From NCBI GenBank assembly GCA_964615305.1, contig CAZTNA010000001.1, positions 382,793 through 446,792 on the forward strand: DNA of 64,000 nucleotides, given 5' to 3'. The DNA comes from an uncultured Chitinophaga sp. (lineage in GTDB: Bacteria; Bacteroidota; Bacteroidia; Chitinophagales; LD1). Positions 1 to 9,111 of the stretch are shown here, in pieces. Each line of letters opens with the position of its first letter. Positions within the stretch are counted from its first letter, which is position 1. The translations under genes and the position numbers were made by a program. Under the pieces are notes generated by a model. That model was not told the DNA's origin and made no database searches. It saw only the letters and a program-made list of their open reading frames with translations.

Positions 1-5
1 AGAGT

Positions 6-1640
6 ATGGAACCACTTTTTCAATTCGACTTACCAAAAGAGCAATCATCTATCATTAAAGTTTTTGGTGTAGGCGGTGGCGGGAGTAATGCAGTAAACCA
101 CATGTTTGATCAGGGTATTGCCGGTGTAAACTTTGTGGTGCTTAATACTGATGCGCAGGCGTTAGAAATGAGCCGTATTCCAAACAAAATTCAACTCGGC
201 CCAGATTCTACTCAGGGCCTTGGCGCAGGTGCTAAACCCGAAGTAGGCGCCAAAGCTGCAGAAGAATCTATAGCAGAAATTAAAGAGTTGCTGTCGAAAA
301 ACACTAAAATGGTTTTTATAACTGCTGGTATGGGTGGCGGTACAGGAACTGGTGCCGCACCGGTGGTAGCCCGTATAGCCCGCGAAATGGGTGTACTTAC
401 TGTAGGCATTGTTACAACACCTTTTTGGTTTGAAGGTAAAAACAGATACAACCACGCGCTCGAAGGCATTGAGAAATTGCGCGATCACGTAGATACTCTA
501 CTTATTATTAACAATGATAAAATACGCGAGATGTATGGCAACCTGAAACGAAGTGAGGCGTTTGGCCATGCCAATAACATTCTTACTACGGCCGCAAAAG
601 CAATTTCAGAAATTATTACCGTACCAGGCGAAATTAATGTTGACTTTGCCGATGTGCAAACCGTTATGAAAAATGGGGGCTCTGCCATCATGGGTTGCGC
701 AACTGCTGAAGGTGAAGGCCGTGCATTACTTGCAGCACAAGGAGCTATGAACTCTCCGTTATTGAACGACAACGATATAAGCGGGGCAAAGAAAGTTTTA
801 GTGAACATTACAACCGGCACCATGCAGGTAACTATGGATGAAATTGGTGCTATTATGGAGTATGTGCAAGAAGCTGCCGGCAGTACAGATATTATTCTCG
901 GTGCTTGCGATGACCTCTCCATTGGTGAAAAGCTTTCAGTTACAATTATTGCTACCGGGTTCGAAGTGGGTAAAAAAGCAAAGCCATACAAAGAACAGAA
1001 GAATGTAACTGTGTATGAATTAACTGACAAGAATGAGGTAAAAGTTGTTTCGTCTTTCCCTTCAATTGAAGAGGTAAAAGAAGAAACACCGGCAGTTACT
1101 GTGAATGTAGAAGAACCAAAAGTAGATGAACAACCCGTAGCTGTTGTTACACCACAGCCCGATTACACATTGTTTACTGAGCCGGTAGAAGAAATCACTG
1201 CTGAAACAGTGAGCGTAGAGTTTGATATTACCCGCGATGAACAACACCTTGATGAAGTAGTAATCAACGAAGAGGCAGTAACTGAAGAGGTGGCCGAAGT
1301 AAAAGGGGATGTATTAGGCACTCCGGTAGTAGAAACTACCACAGAAGAATTTATAACATACACTAAACGCACTTACGAAACTGAAGAAACACAACAAGAT
1401 CAAGTAACAGCGTTGGAAGACCGGAAGAAGAAATTAGCTGGTATGAGCTACCGTTTTAATAATAAACAAAACGTAAATGAGCTGGAAAACGAACCTGCTT
1501 ACAAGCGCAAGGGGTTAGAGTTAGGCAATGAAGTTAACTACTCAGCTCAGAATGACCTGTCGCGGTTTAGTATAGGTACCGACAATCACAATAGCCCTGA
1601 AATAAAGAAGAACTCATTTCTTCATGATAATGTTGATTAA
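6..1640 (+). CDS. ftsZ: cell division GTPase FtsZ
   Basis: 544-aa ORF with the N-terminal VFGVGGGGSNAV loop and tubulin signature GGGTGTGAAPV. A long E/T/V-rich linker is followed by a conserved C-terminal peptide (EPAYKRKG ... NSFLHDNVD). Confidence 0.97.
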   Translation: MEPLFQFDLPKEQSSIIKVFGVGGGGSNAVNHMFDQGIAGVNFVVLNTDAQALEMSRIPNKIQLGPDSTQGLGAGAKPEVGAKAAEESIAEIKELLSKNTKMVFITAGMGGGTGTGAAPVVARIAREMGVLTVGIVTTPFWFEGKNRYNHALEGIEKLRDHVDTLLIINNDKIREMYGNLKRSEAFGHANNILTTAAKAISEIITVPGEINVDFADVQTVMKNGGSAIMGCATAEGEGRALLAAQGAMNSPLLNDNDISGAKKVLVNITTGTMQVTMDEIGAIMEYVQEAAGSTDIILGACDDLSIGEKLSVTIIATGFEVGKKAKPYKEQKNVTVYELTDKNEVKVVSSFPSIEEVKEETPAVTVNVEEPKVDEQPVAVVTPQPDYTLFTEPVEEITAETVSVEFDITRDEQHLDEVVINEEAVTEEVAEVKGDVLGTPVVETTTEEFITYTKRTYETEETQQDQVTALEDRKKKLAGMSYRFNNKQNVNELENEPAYKRKGLELGNEVNYSAQNDLSRFSIGTDNHNSPEIKKNSFLHDNVD

Positions 1641-1700
1641 TTCAAAATTTTGATTTAAAACTTATATAAGACTCTCTCCTTTGTTAGTGTGTCAAAAATT

Positions 1701-1727
1701 CCCGGACATCCCCGTCCGGGTTTTTTT
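1701..1727 (+). terminator. Rho-independent terminator after ftsZ
   Basis: CCCGGAC-atcccc-GTCCGGG stem-loop followed by a T7 run, about 60 nt after the ftsZ stop. Confidence 0.75.
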
Positions 1728-1886
1728 ATGTAAAGTGATGAATGATTCGGGCTAAGTAATTACCATGCAACTTTCCTGTACTTGCAGGTATGCCAAAGGT
1801 TGTTTATACACCATATTTGTTGAAAAAACACTACGTCTTTACCATCATAAACTCATTCATTAGCTGTAACAAACGTTAGATAAGTT

Positions 1887-2855
1887 ATGAAAAAGAATAT
1901 AGCAGTAATTACAGGGGGGCAGGCCAGCGAAAGAGGCATATCTCTTAAGAGCGCAGATGTAGTTTGCAAGCACCTCAATAAAGAGAAGTACAATGTGTTT
2001 AAGATTGTTATTGATGGTAACGATTGGGTGGTTGAACGCGATAATCCTGTAAAGCTTTTTATAGATAAAAACGATTTTACGTTTACTATCGAAGGTCACA
2101 AAATCAGCTTCGATGCGGTGTTTATGGCGCTGCACGGCACACCTGCCGAAGACGGAAAACTACAGGGCTACTTTGATTTATTAAATATACCCTATAATGC
2201 ATGTGGAGTTTTGCAAGCGGCTCTAACTTTTGACAAAATACGGTGTAAGGAATTTTTGGCTCAACATGGCGTAAAGACAGGCAACGCAGAAATTCTTTAT
2301 CAAATGCCTCCCGCTAACTATCAGTTGCCATTTTCATTCCCGGTTTTTGTAAAGCCAAATAAAAACGGTAGTAGTTATGGTGCTGCAAAAGTTGATAAGC
2401 AAGAAGACTTGCTGGCGGCTATCAAAAACGGGTTTAATTACGATAATGAAGTGTTGATAGAAGAATACCTAAAAGGTACAGAGGTAACATGTGGAGTAGT
2501 AACCATAGGGGGGCAAATTAAAGCTATGCCATTAACTGAAATTCGAAGTAAGGGTGAGTTCTTTGACTATAAAGCCAAGTACGAAGGCAACTCAGTAGAA
2601 GTAACACCGGCAGAAATTGACGATCAGTTGTCGCGAACAATACAAACAACCTCTATCTCTATTTACCGCCAACTTGGCTTTAAAGGCATGTGCCGAATAG
2701 ACTACATAATCATTGGGAGAGATTACTATATGCTTGAAGTTAATTCTATACCAGGGTTAAGTGAAGAAAGTATAGTGCCTCAGCAAGCTCGATCTATGGG
2801 AATTTCTCTTGAAGAACTTTTCGGAACATCAATAGAAGAATGCTTAAAAAAATAG
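1887..2855 (+). CDS. ddl: D-alanine--D-alanine ligase
   Basis: 322-aa ORF with ATP-grasp Ddl hallmarks: IAVITGGQASERGISLKSA, HGTPAEDGKLQG and EVNSIPGLSEESIVPQQA. Confidence 0.93.
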   Translation: MKKNIAVITGGQASERGISLKSADVVCKHLNKEKYNVFKIVIDGNDWVVERDNPVKLFIDKNDFTFTIEGHKISFDAVFMALHGTPAEDGKLQGYFDLLNIPYNACGVLQAALTFDKIRCKEFLAQHGVKTGNAEILYQMPPANYQLPFSFPVFVKPNKNGSSYGAAKVDKQEDLLAAIKNGFNYDNEVLIEEYLKGTEVTCGVVTIGGQIKAMPLTEIRSKGEFFDYKAKYEGNSVEVTPAEIDDQLSRTIQTTSISIYRQLGFKGMCRIDYIIIGRDYYMLEVNSIPGLSEESIVPQQARSMGISLEELFGTSIEECLKK

Positions 2856-2868
2856 GGAAAAGTTTGGG

Positions 2869-3069
2869 CTACTTCTCAGTACATTTATACCCCTGTTTTT
2901 CATATTCATCAATGGTCATTTTTAAACCATCGGTGCCATCGGGAAAATCTTTTGAACACAACTCGCGTACATCACTATTGCCAAAATCGCAGGTGTAGCA
3001 TTTTTTGCAGGAAGAAAACGCTACCGACATAAAAGCAAACATAAGAAGTACTATTGTAGATTTGGTCAT
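2869..3069 (-). CDS. small Cys-rich lipoprotein, unknown function
   Basis: 66-aa ORF with a signal peptide ending in the lipobox-like AFSSC and several further Cys. No family recognised. Confidence 0.5.
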   Translation of the reverse strand: MTKSTIVLLMFAFMSVAFSSCKKCYTCDFGNSDVRELCSKDFPDGTDGLKMTIDEYEKQGYKCTEK

Positions 3070-3130
3070 TGGTCTTGTTTGTGTTCAAAACAAATTTGAA
3101 AGAAAGAATTGTATTTCCAAACTTAGCCGC

Positions 3131-4945
3131 ATGACTAAACTACGTTTTTGGGCACTGTGTATGATACTACTGTTGCAGGTCTTTTGCAGTAAAGCTCAAA
3201 CAGATATTGAAATAGACGGAAATCTTACGTTTATTAAACTTGGTAACGGATTAAGTGCTGTTGTTAGCACCAATCCTCAGGGAACTACTGTAGATGTAGC
3301 ATGCTATGTAAAAACGGGTAGTATGTTTGATCCTGATTCACTGAGTGGAGTGTCAAACATTTTGCAACACATCATAGCCAACAAAATATCTTCTAATCTA
3401 GCGGGAAAAGAAGTTCTCAATCTTAGCAATTCAGGCTTTGTATCGTATAGCACAACAGAACATGCTGTTTATAAATTTTCTGTATTACCCGCTCATGTTA
3501 ACACATTGTTGAGCTTGCTATCCCAAAATCTGTTCTTCGCCTCAATTTCTAATTCAGATCTGCAAACGGCTGTTTTAAAGGTTAAGCAAGATCTGCAAAC
3601 CGATTCAACTAATTATCGTACCGTTTTCGACCACAAAATTTTAAAAACAGTTTTCAGAAAAGATTTTGAAAAACTAATACCAAGCGGTAGTGTGGCTGAT
3701 TTCGTAAACATTACTGAAAAGAGTATTCGTGATTTCTATCTCCGATACTATGTACCAAACAACACTCTGCTGGCCGTGAACGGAAATATCACTTATGCAG
3801 AAATGAACAAGCAATTGCAGGGAGAAATAAATGATGTAATTAAAAGCGATTTTGACCCCGAATCAGTAACAAAGATTGTAGATATGCACCCCATGCTTTA
3901 CACATCTCACTTTGTGTATGATGCAGATGTAACTCAACCAGAGTTTAATATTTGCTGGCAGTTTCCGGGAGCTATGACTAACACAGAAAGCAGTTATGCG
4001 GCTTATTTACTCAGTGCCATGTTAAATGATAAGAACAACTTTATTCAGGCTAAAGCACGTAAATTAGGGTGTAAAAAATTTGTTGCGCAATATGAAGTGC
4101 GGAATTTCAGTGCTATGCTTCGAATTATACTTCAACCCGACAAAAGTCAGCTGATACCAACCCTCGAATTGGTAACTAATGAAATGGGCCGTTTAGAAAA
4201 AACTCTGCTAAACGAGAGTATGATTAACGCTGGTAAACTTCAGTTTAAAAAAGAATGGACTCAGTTGGAAAACACTCCCGACTATCCCGAATGGATAGTA
4301 CGATACTGGGCGTATAAAGATGATTCGTATTTCAGCGGTCTGCTCGATACAGTTATGGGAGTACGTGAAGATGAACTTAAAAAATTTGTGATAGACTACC
4401 TCAACATCCAGCCACATGTTGTTGGTTTACTGATAAGTAAAGCAGACCGTGAGTCATTGAAGGTAGATTCACTTTTCACTGATGTAAACGAGTTAGTGAG
4501 CAACTATGTTTTTAAGTTTCGCCACAATATTTGCGATATTGAAGGGGCCGAAAACTTTGTAATGCAACGAAACATTTTACAGTTTTTAAAAGCCAATAAA
4601 GACGTAAATATACAGGTGAACGGGTTGGCAGATGAAGGAGAGTTTAATCAGGTAGCTGACGATTCAGTGTTAGCGTTTATTGACTCATTACCCAACTTCA
4701 GAAAAACAATGCCCGAGAAAGTAAAGAAAGGTTATTTGAAACCTGAAATGATGCGAGCAGTAAAGTTGCTCAAGTATTTTTATGAAAATGGAATTGACCC
4801 AGAACGGCTTTCAGGTACCTGTATGAAATTTTCTTCTTCTAATTCAACCGAAGCTGCAGACAATATGAAGTGCAGTGTTACCCTGGATAAAATGCGGAAA
4901 GCACCCTCCGTATATGAGTTTCATTACGGTAAAAAAAAGCAGTAA
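3131..4945 (+). CDS. peptidase M16-like protein with degenerate zinc site and OmpA-like C-terminal segment
   Basis: Start moved to ATG 3131, which gives the signal peptide MTKLRFWALCMILLLQVFCSKAQ; the upstream part of the ORF overlaps the minus-strand lipoprotein gene. The layout is M16/insulinase-like, but the HxxEH position reads HIIAN. The C-terminus resembles an OmpA-like module (NIQVNGLAD ... RAVKLLKYFYENGIDPERL). Confidence 0.6.
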   Translation: MTKLRFWALCMILLLQVFCSKAQTDIEIDGNLTFIKLGNGLSAVVSTNPQGTTVDVACYVKTGSMFDPDSLSGVSNILQHIIANKISSNLAGKEVLNLSNSGFVSYSTTEHAVYKFSVLPAHVNTLLSLLSQNLFFASISNSDLQTAVLKVKQDLQTDSTNYRTVFDHKILKTVFRKDFEKLIPSGSVADFVNITEKSIRDFYLRYYVPNNTLLAVNGNITYAEMNKQLQGEINDVIKSDFDPESVTKIVDMHPMLYTSHFVYDADVTQPEFNICWQFPGAMTNTESSYAAYLLSAMLNDKNNFIQAKARKLGCKKFVAQYEVRNFSAMLRIILQPDKSQLIPTLELVTNEMGRLEKTLLNESMINAGKLQFKKEWTQLENTPDYPEWIVRYWAYKDDSYFSGLLDTVMGVREDELKKFVIDYLNIQPHVVGLLISKADRESLKVDSLFTDVNELVSNYVFKFRHNICDIEGAENFVMQRNILQFLKANKDVNIQVNGLADEGEFNQVADDSVLAFIDSLPNFRKTMPEKVKKGYLKPEMMRAVKLLKYFYENGIDPERLSGTCMKFSSSNSTEAADNMKCSVTLDKMRKAPSVYEFHYGKKKQ

Positions 4946-4993
4946 TGGAAGAGTTTCGCCTATTTCTATTATTGCACTCTACATTATAACACC

Positions 4994-5509
4994 ATGAATT
5001 CAAAAACACCCAAGGAATCAACAATTATTATGACCGAGATTGTATTGCCTAACGATACAAATACGCTTGGCAATTTACGCGGAGGTAAAATTTTACATTG
5101 GATGGATATAGCATCGGCAATTGCAGCCGGTAAGCATGCCAATGCGGTGGTGGTTACTGCATCAGTAGATAATGTATCGTTTGAAAACCCTATTAAGTTA
5201 GGCGATGTGGTAACAATTACTGCCAAGGTTACCCGTGTTTTTAATACCAGTATGGAAACGCATATTCAAGTTTGGGCCGAAAACCTTCCCTCCCAAACAC
5301 GCTATAAATGCAATGAGGCCTATTACACTTTTGTTACCCTTGATAGTAACGGAAAACCTAAGAAAAGCACATTACTTACACCTGAAACCGAAGAAGAAAG
5401 AAAGTCTTTTGACTCTGCATTGACACGTAGAGAACTTCGTCTGGTTTTGGCAGGCAGATTAAAAATGACTGACAGTAAAGAGTTGAAAAAACTTTTTGTT
5501 GTTGATTAA
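4994..5509 (+). CDS. acyl-CoA thioesterase (hotdog fold)
   Basis: 171-aa ORF with the pattern LPNDTNTLGNLRGGKILHWMD ... VVVTASVDNVSFENPIKLGDVV, typical of YciA-like thioester hydrolases. Confidence 0.85.
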   Translation: MNSKTPKESTIIMTEIVLPNDTNTLGNLRGGKILHWMDIASAIAAGKHANAVVVTASVDNVSFENPIKLGDVVTITAKVTRVFNTSMETHIQVWAENLPSQTRYKCNEAYYTFVTLDSNGKPKKSTLLTPETEEERKSFDSALTRRELRLVLAGRLKMTDSKELKKLFVVD

Positions 5510-5549
5510 CCAGTGAAATGATTTTTCATTTCAACGTAAAATCAATAGA

Positions 5550-6281
5550 ATGAAATTTGCACTTATCGGTTATGGCAAAATGGGAAAGGAAATTGAGAAA
5601 GTAATCCTCGAAAACCCCTCTGATGAGGTTGTACTGAAAATTACTGATGATAACTTACAAGAGTTTTCGTTAGAGAATCTTAAAAAAGCCGATGTGGCAA
5701 TCGAGTTTACACAACCTGAAGTGGCGGTGGAGAATATTTACAAATGCTTTGAAGCCGGTGTGCCTGTGGTAGTAGGAACCACCGCATGGCTCGATAAGTT
5801 AGATGATGTAAAAGAACAGTGTAATAAAACTAAAAGCACACTTTTCTTTTCGCCCAACTACAGCATTGGGGTAAACATATTTTGGGAGTTAAACAGAAAG
5901 CTAGCCCGAATAATGAATAGCCAACCTGGGTATGAAGTGAGAATGGAAGAAATACACCACACCGAGAAAAAAGACGCACCTAGCGGTACTGCTGTAAAAA
6001 CAGCTGAAATTATTTTAGCTGAACTTGAAAGAAAGAAGAAATGGTGCTTGCAGACACCTGACCACAGTACTGACAGTGCTGAAATCCCAATAATTGCAAA
6101 AAGAGAGCCCCATGTGCCCGGCACTCATACCGTTACTTATAAGTCTTCGGTTGACTTACTCGAAGTTAAACACGAAGCAGTTAGCCGAAGAGGATTTGCC
6201 GAAGGAGCTGTGATGGCAGCCCGTTTTGTATTAGGCAAAAAAGGCGTATTTGAAATGAAAGACTTACTTGCTTCACTTTAG
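5550..6281 (+). CDS. dapB: 4-hydroxy-tetrahydrodipicolinate reductase
   Basis: 243-aa ORF with the GYGKMG nucleotide-binding start and the signature EIHHTEKKDAPSGTA. Confidence 0.95.
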   Translation: MKFALIGYGKMGKEIEKVILENPSDEVVLKITDDNLQEFSLENLKKADVAIEFTQPEVAVENIYKCFEAGVPVVVGTTAWLDKLDDVKEQCNKTKSTLFFSPNYSIGVNIFWELNRKLARIMNSQPGYEVRMEEIHHTEKKDAPSGTAVKTAEIILAELERKKKWCLQTPDHSTDSAEIPIIAKREPHVPGTHTVTYKSSVDLLEVKHEAVSRRGFAEGAVMAARFVLGKKGVFEMKDLLASL

Positions 6282-6349
6282 GGCGGGGTAATCTTATTTC
6301 TTTGAAATAATATTTTCATCGCTCAAACGTATCTCATCAACTAATAGTT

Positions 6350-7951
6350 ATGGTATTACTCGCTCTTGTTCTCGTTTACATGCTCGGCATACGCATTGGC
6401 ACTTATGGTATTTTTAAAAAAATGGGTGTAGAGCCATGGAAAGCATTTGTGCCATTTATGTGCAGTGATGAGTGGCAAAAAATTATAAAGCGCCCGCTTT
6501 GGTGGAAATGGATGATGCTTATACCTGGTGTAAACCTGTTTTATGTTGCCAGCCAGTTAACAGAAATGAGTACCGCATTCAAGCGATATAGTTTTCTCGA
6601 GCATTTTGCAGCAGTAATGTTTGCGTTCATTTATTTTCCTTTTTTAGGTTTTGCTCCAAACGAAAAATTTATTGGTGTAGGAGGCGTTAAAGAAGGGCAG
6701 CCACCTTTGCAACGGTCCGCAATAAGGGAATGGGCAGACGCCATAGTGTTTGCCGTTGTGGCTGCAACCCTAATAAGAATTTTTGTTGCCGAAGCATACA
6801 TGATCCCTACTCCATCCATGGAAAAAACTTTGCTCGTTGGAGATTTTCTTTTTGTTTCCAAATTTCATTATGGGGCAAGAGTTCCCAATACACCGCTTGC
6901 CCTACCGTTTGTACACCACACATTACCGGTTTTCAATACCAAGAGCTATACGGAGTTAATAAAGTTGCCTTATAAAACACTTCCGGGTTTTCAGAAAGTG
7001 AAGCGAAATGATATGGTGGTGTTTAATTTTCCTGCGGGCGATTCTGTAGTGCTCGAAAATCAGGCACCTTCCTATTATGATATTGTTCGCTATACGGCTT
7101 TTAGTAACCGCGTTGATTACACAACAGCACGCAACCTACTTTGGAGCGACCCGAACACACATATTGTAGCTCGCCCGGTTGACAAACGCGAAAACTACAT
7201 TAAGCGCTGTGTAGGGGTTGGTGGCGATAAATTAGAAGTGCGTGATGGCGTACTGCTTATCAATGATGTTCCTGCCTACCACCCCGAAAATCTTTATACG
7301 CCATATATGGTTGTGTTTAAAGAAGGAATGATTCCAAGTCAGGAAGTAATTCTTGATTTAGAAATGGAGAATATTAGTAATCGTGTGGGAGCATTACCGG
7401 CTAATCATTTTATTGTATTGCTTACTAAACCAAATATGGAAAAACTGCAGGCCATGAACATTACTACCACGCTCAAACCGTTTTATTATGGCAAAGGTGA
7501 ACTGCAAGAACCTATCGAAAACATTTTTCCGAATGATACCGCACGATATAAGTGGAACGTAGATAATTTTGGGCCGGTAAAAATTCCAAACAAAGGTTGG
7601 ACAATTACACTCACAGATTCGCTTTACAAGCAGTATGAGCGTGCCATTCGAGTGTATGAAGGCAATGATGTACAGCAGCGGAACGGAAAATTTTTTGTCA
7701 ACGGTCAGGAAACCAGTACATACACTTTTAAGATGGACTACTACTGGATGATGGGCGATAACCGTCACAACTCTCAGGACAGTCGCTATTGGGGTTTTGT
7801 GCCCGAAGACCATATTGTAGGTAAGGCATGGTTCATTTGGATGAGTTATGCCAAAGATGGAGAAAATCTGTTGAAGAAGATTCGATGGAGCCGGTTGTTC
7901 TCGTCTATACATGGGCGCTGGGCACCTGACGAAAAAAAGTTTACCGAATAA
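6350..7951 (+). CDS. lepB: signal peptidase I with extra N-terminal polytopic membrane segment
   Basis: 533-aa ORF with S26 boxes SMEKTLLVGDFLFVSK, YIKRCVGVGGD and GDNRHNSQDSRYWGFV. The first ~110 aa form an additional membrane domain. Confidence 0.93.
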   Translation: MVLLALVLVYMLGIRIGTYGIFKKMGVEPWKAFVPFMCSDEWQKIIKRPLWWKWMMLIPGVNLFYVASQLTEMSTAFKRYSFLEHFAAVMFAFIYFPFLGFAPNEKFIGVGGVKEGQPPLQRSAIREWADAIVFAVVAATLIRIFVAEAYMIPTPSMEKTLLVGDFLFVSKFHYGARVPNTPLALPFVHHTLPVFNTKSYTELIKLPYKTLPGFQKVKRNDMVVFNFPAGDSVVLENQAPSYYDIVRYTAFSNRVDYTTARNLLWSDPNTHIVARPVDKRENYIKRCVGVGGDKLEVRDGVLLINDVPAYHPENLYTPYMVVFKEGMIPSQEVILDLEMENISNRVGALPANHFIVLLTKPNMEKLQAMNITTTLKPFYYGKGELQEPIENIFPNDTARYKWNVDNFGPVKIPNKGWTITLTDSLYKQYERAIRVYEGNDVQQRNGKFFVNGQETSTYTFKMDYYWMMGDNRHNSQDSRYWGFVPEDHIVGKAWFIWMSYAKDGENLLKKIRWSRLFSSIHGRWAPDEKKFTE

Positions 7952-8495
7952 CTGCCGGACCCATAACCGGTGTGCCATCTATAAAGAAGCGAACCTGGTC
8001 GCTGCCTTTTACATACATTTTTCCATCGCGCACATCAACTCCTGATTGTTGGCTCATCATATCGCCCAGAGATTGGGTTGGTTGGTTAATATCACTGTTT
8101 GTAAGCCGTCTGTTAGTATTGCATATACTGCTCAGTTTAAATTCATCGTAACTTATTTCTACCTTTTGAGGTAATGCGCTATTGCTGCTTACCGCCAGAT
8201 TTACTTCGGCACTATAACCATCATACACCACTACCTTGTTAACAAAAAACGTGCGTTCATTGTATTGCAAACGAACCTCGTACTTACCCGTAGGCAAATG
8301 AGGGGCGTAGTAGTATCCGTGCTCGTTAGTGGTCACCACCAGTTTATCCATTTTATTTTCGAAGATAACTTCTGTATTAGGCACTGCCTTACCTGTTTCT
8401 TTATCTGTAACTCTGCCAATAATTTCACCTGTCGAAACGGCTCTTGCTGAAACAGCGAAGTATGTGAACAGCAAAAGAAAAAGCAAGTTTTTCAT
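7941..8495 (-). CDS. carboxypeptidase-regulatory-like domain protein ending in a partial TonB-receptor plug (possible gene remnant)
   Basis: 184-aa ORF with a signal peptide and a CarboxypepD_reg-like segment (GRVTDKETGKAVPNTEV ... GKYEVRL). Only the start of a plug domain follows (MYVKGSDQVRFFIDGTPV) before the stop. The 3' end overlaps the lepB 3' end by 11 nt. Confidence 0.5.
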   Translation of the reverse strand: MKNLLFLLLFTYFAVSARAVSTGEIIGRVTDKETGKAVPNTEVIFENKMDKLVVTTNEHGYYYAPHLPTGKYEVRLQYNERTFFVNKVVVYDGYSAEVNLAVSSNSALPQKVEISYDEFKLSSICNTNRRLTNSDINQPTQSLGDMMSQQSGVDVRDGKMYVKGSDQVRFFIDGTPVMGPAVIR

Positions 8496-8627
8496 GGTCT
8501 ATTAGTTTTGCATCCGAAAATTAGTGCAAAACTTCGGGTTTCTAAATTTTTTAAAAGTAGTTAAACAACTATTGCTTCTGCATGAACCTACATAACAAAC
8601 GTTACTTTCGATGTATAAAATTAAATC

Positions 8628-8996
8628 ATGAAAAGTCAATTCAAATATTTCTTTGTTTCATTTTTCCTTATCAGTGTTTTATCAGCAGGGCTTAGCGCTG
8701 CCGAAAAAGGCAAAAGTCAGGTGGTAAACATTAAAACATCAGCCATTTGCGGCTCATGCAAAGCACGAATAGAGAGAGCCGTAAAGGCAGTGGATGGAGT
8801 GGAAGAAGCCCTGCTGAACTTGCACAACAAAAAACTGAAAGTGAAGTTTGATCCGCTAAAAACAGATGCCGGTAAAATACGCACTACCGTGTCAAACACC
8901 GGATACGATGCCGATGAGATAAAGAAAAACGAAGAAGCCTTTAACAAACTGCCCGAATGCTGCCAAAGACCTATGGAGGGTGACATGCATCATTAA
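8628..8996 (+). CDS. heavy-metal-associated (HMA) domain protein, secreted
   Basis: 122-aa ORF with a signal peptide, an HMA fold with a CxxC site (AICGSCKARIERAV) and the C-terminal tail CCQRPMEGDMHH. Confidence 0.8.
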   Translation: MKSQFKYFFVSFFLISVLSAGLSAAEKGKSQVVNIKTSAICGSCKARIERAVKAVDGVEEALLNLHNKKLKVKFDPLKTDAGKIRTTVSNTGYDADEIKKNEEAFNKLPECCQRPMEGDMHH

Positions 8997-9111
8997 TCAG
9001 TTGGCTGAAAAAAACTGATTTTGCGTAGTAAATTGCTTTATGTTAAACACAAGGATGGATATAACAGGCAATTGCACCCGTTCGTTTTTTTATCGAAATG
9101 TTGAAGTGCTT

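Noticed and set aside
485-1030. Antisense ORFs inside ftsZ. The same situation occurs at 7394..7978 in lepB, 20964..21503 in the DUF885 gene, 12648..13025 in sodA and 61940..62392 in the thioredoxin-fold gene.
   Set aside because: Each overlaps a confidently identified gene on the opposite strand and has no recognisable features. I treat them as shadow ORFs.
3005-3130. N-terminal 42-codon extension of the M16-like ORF
   Set aside because: The extension overlaps the minus-strand lipoprotein gene. The internal ATG at 3131 gives a proper signal peptide.
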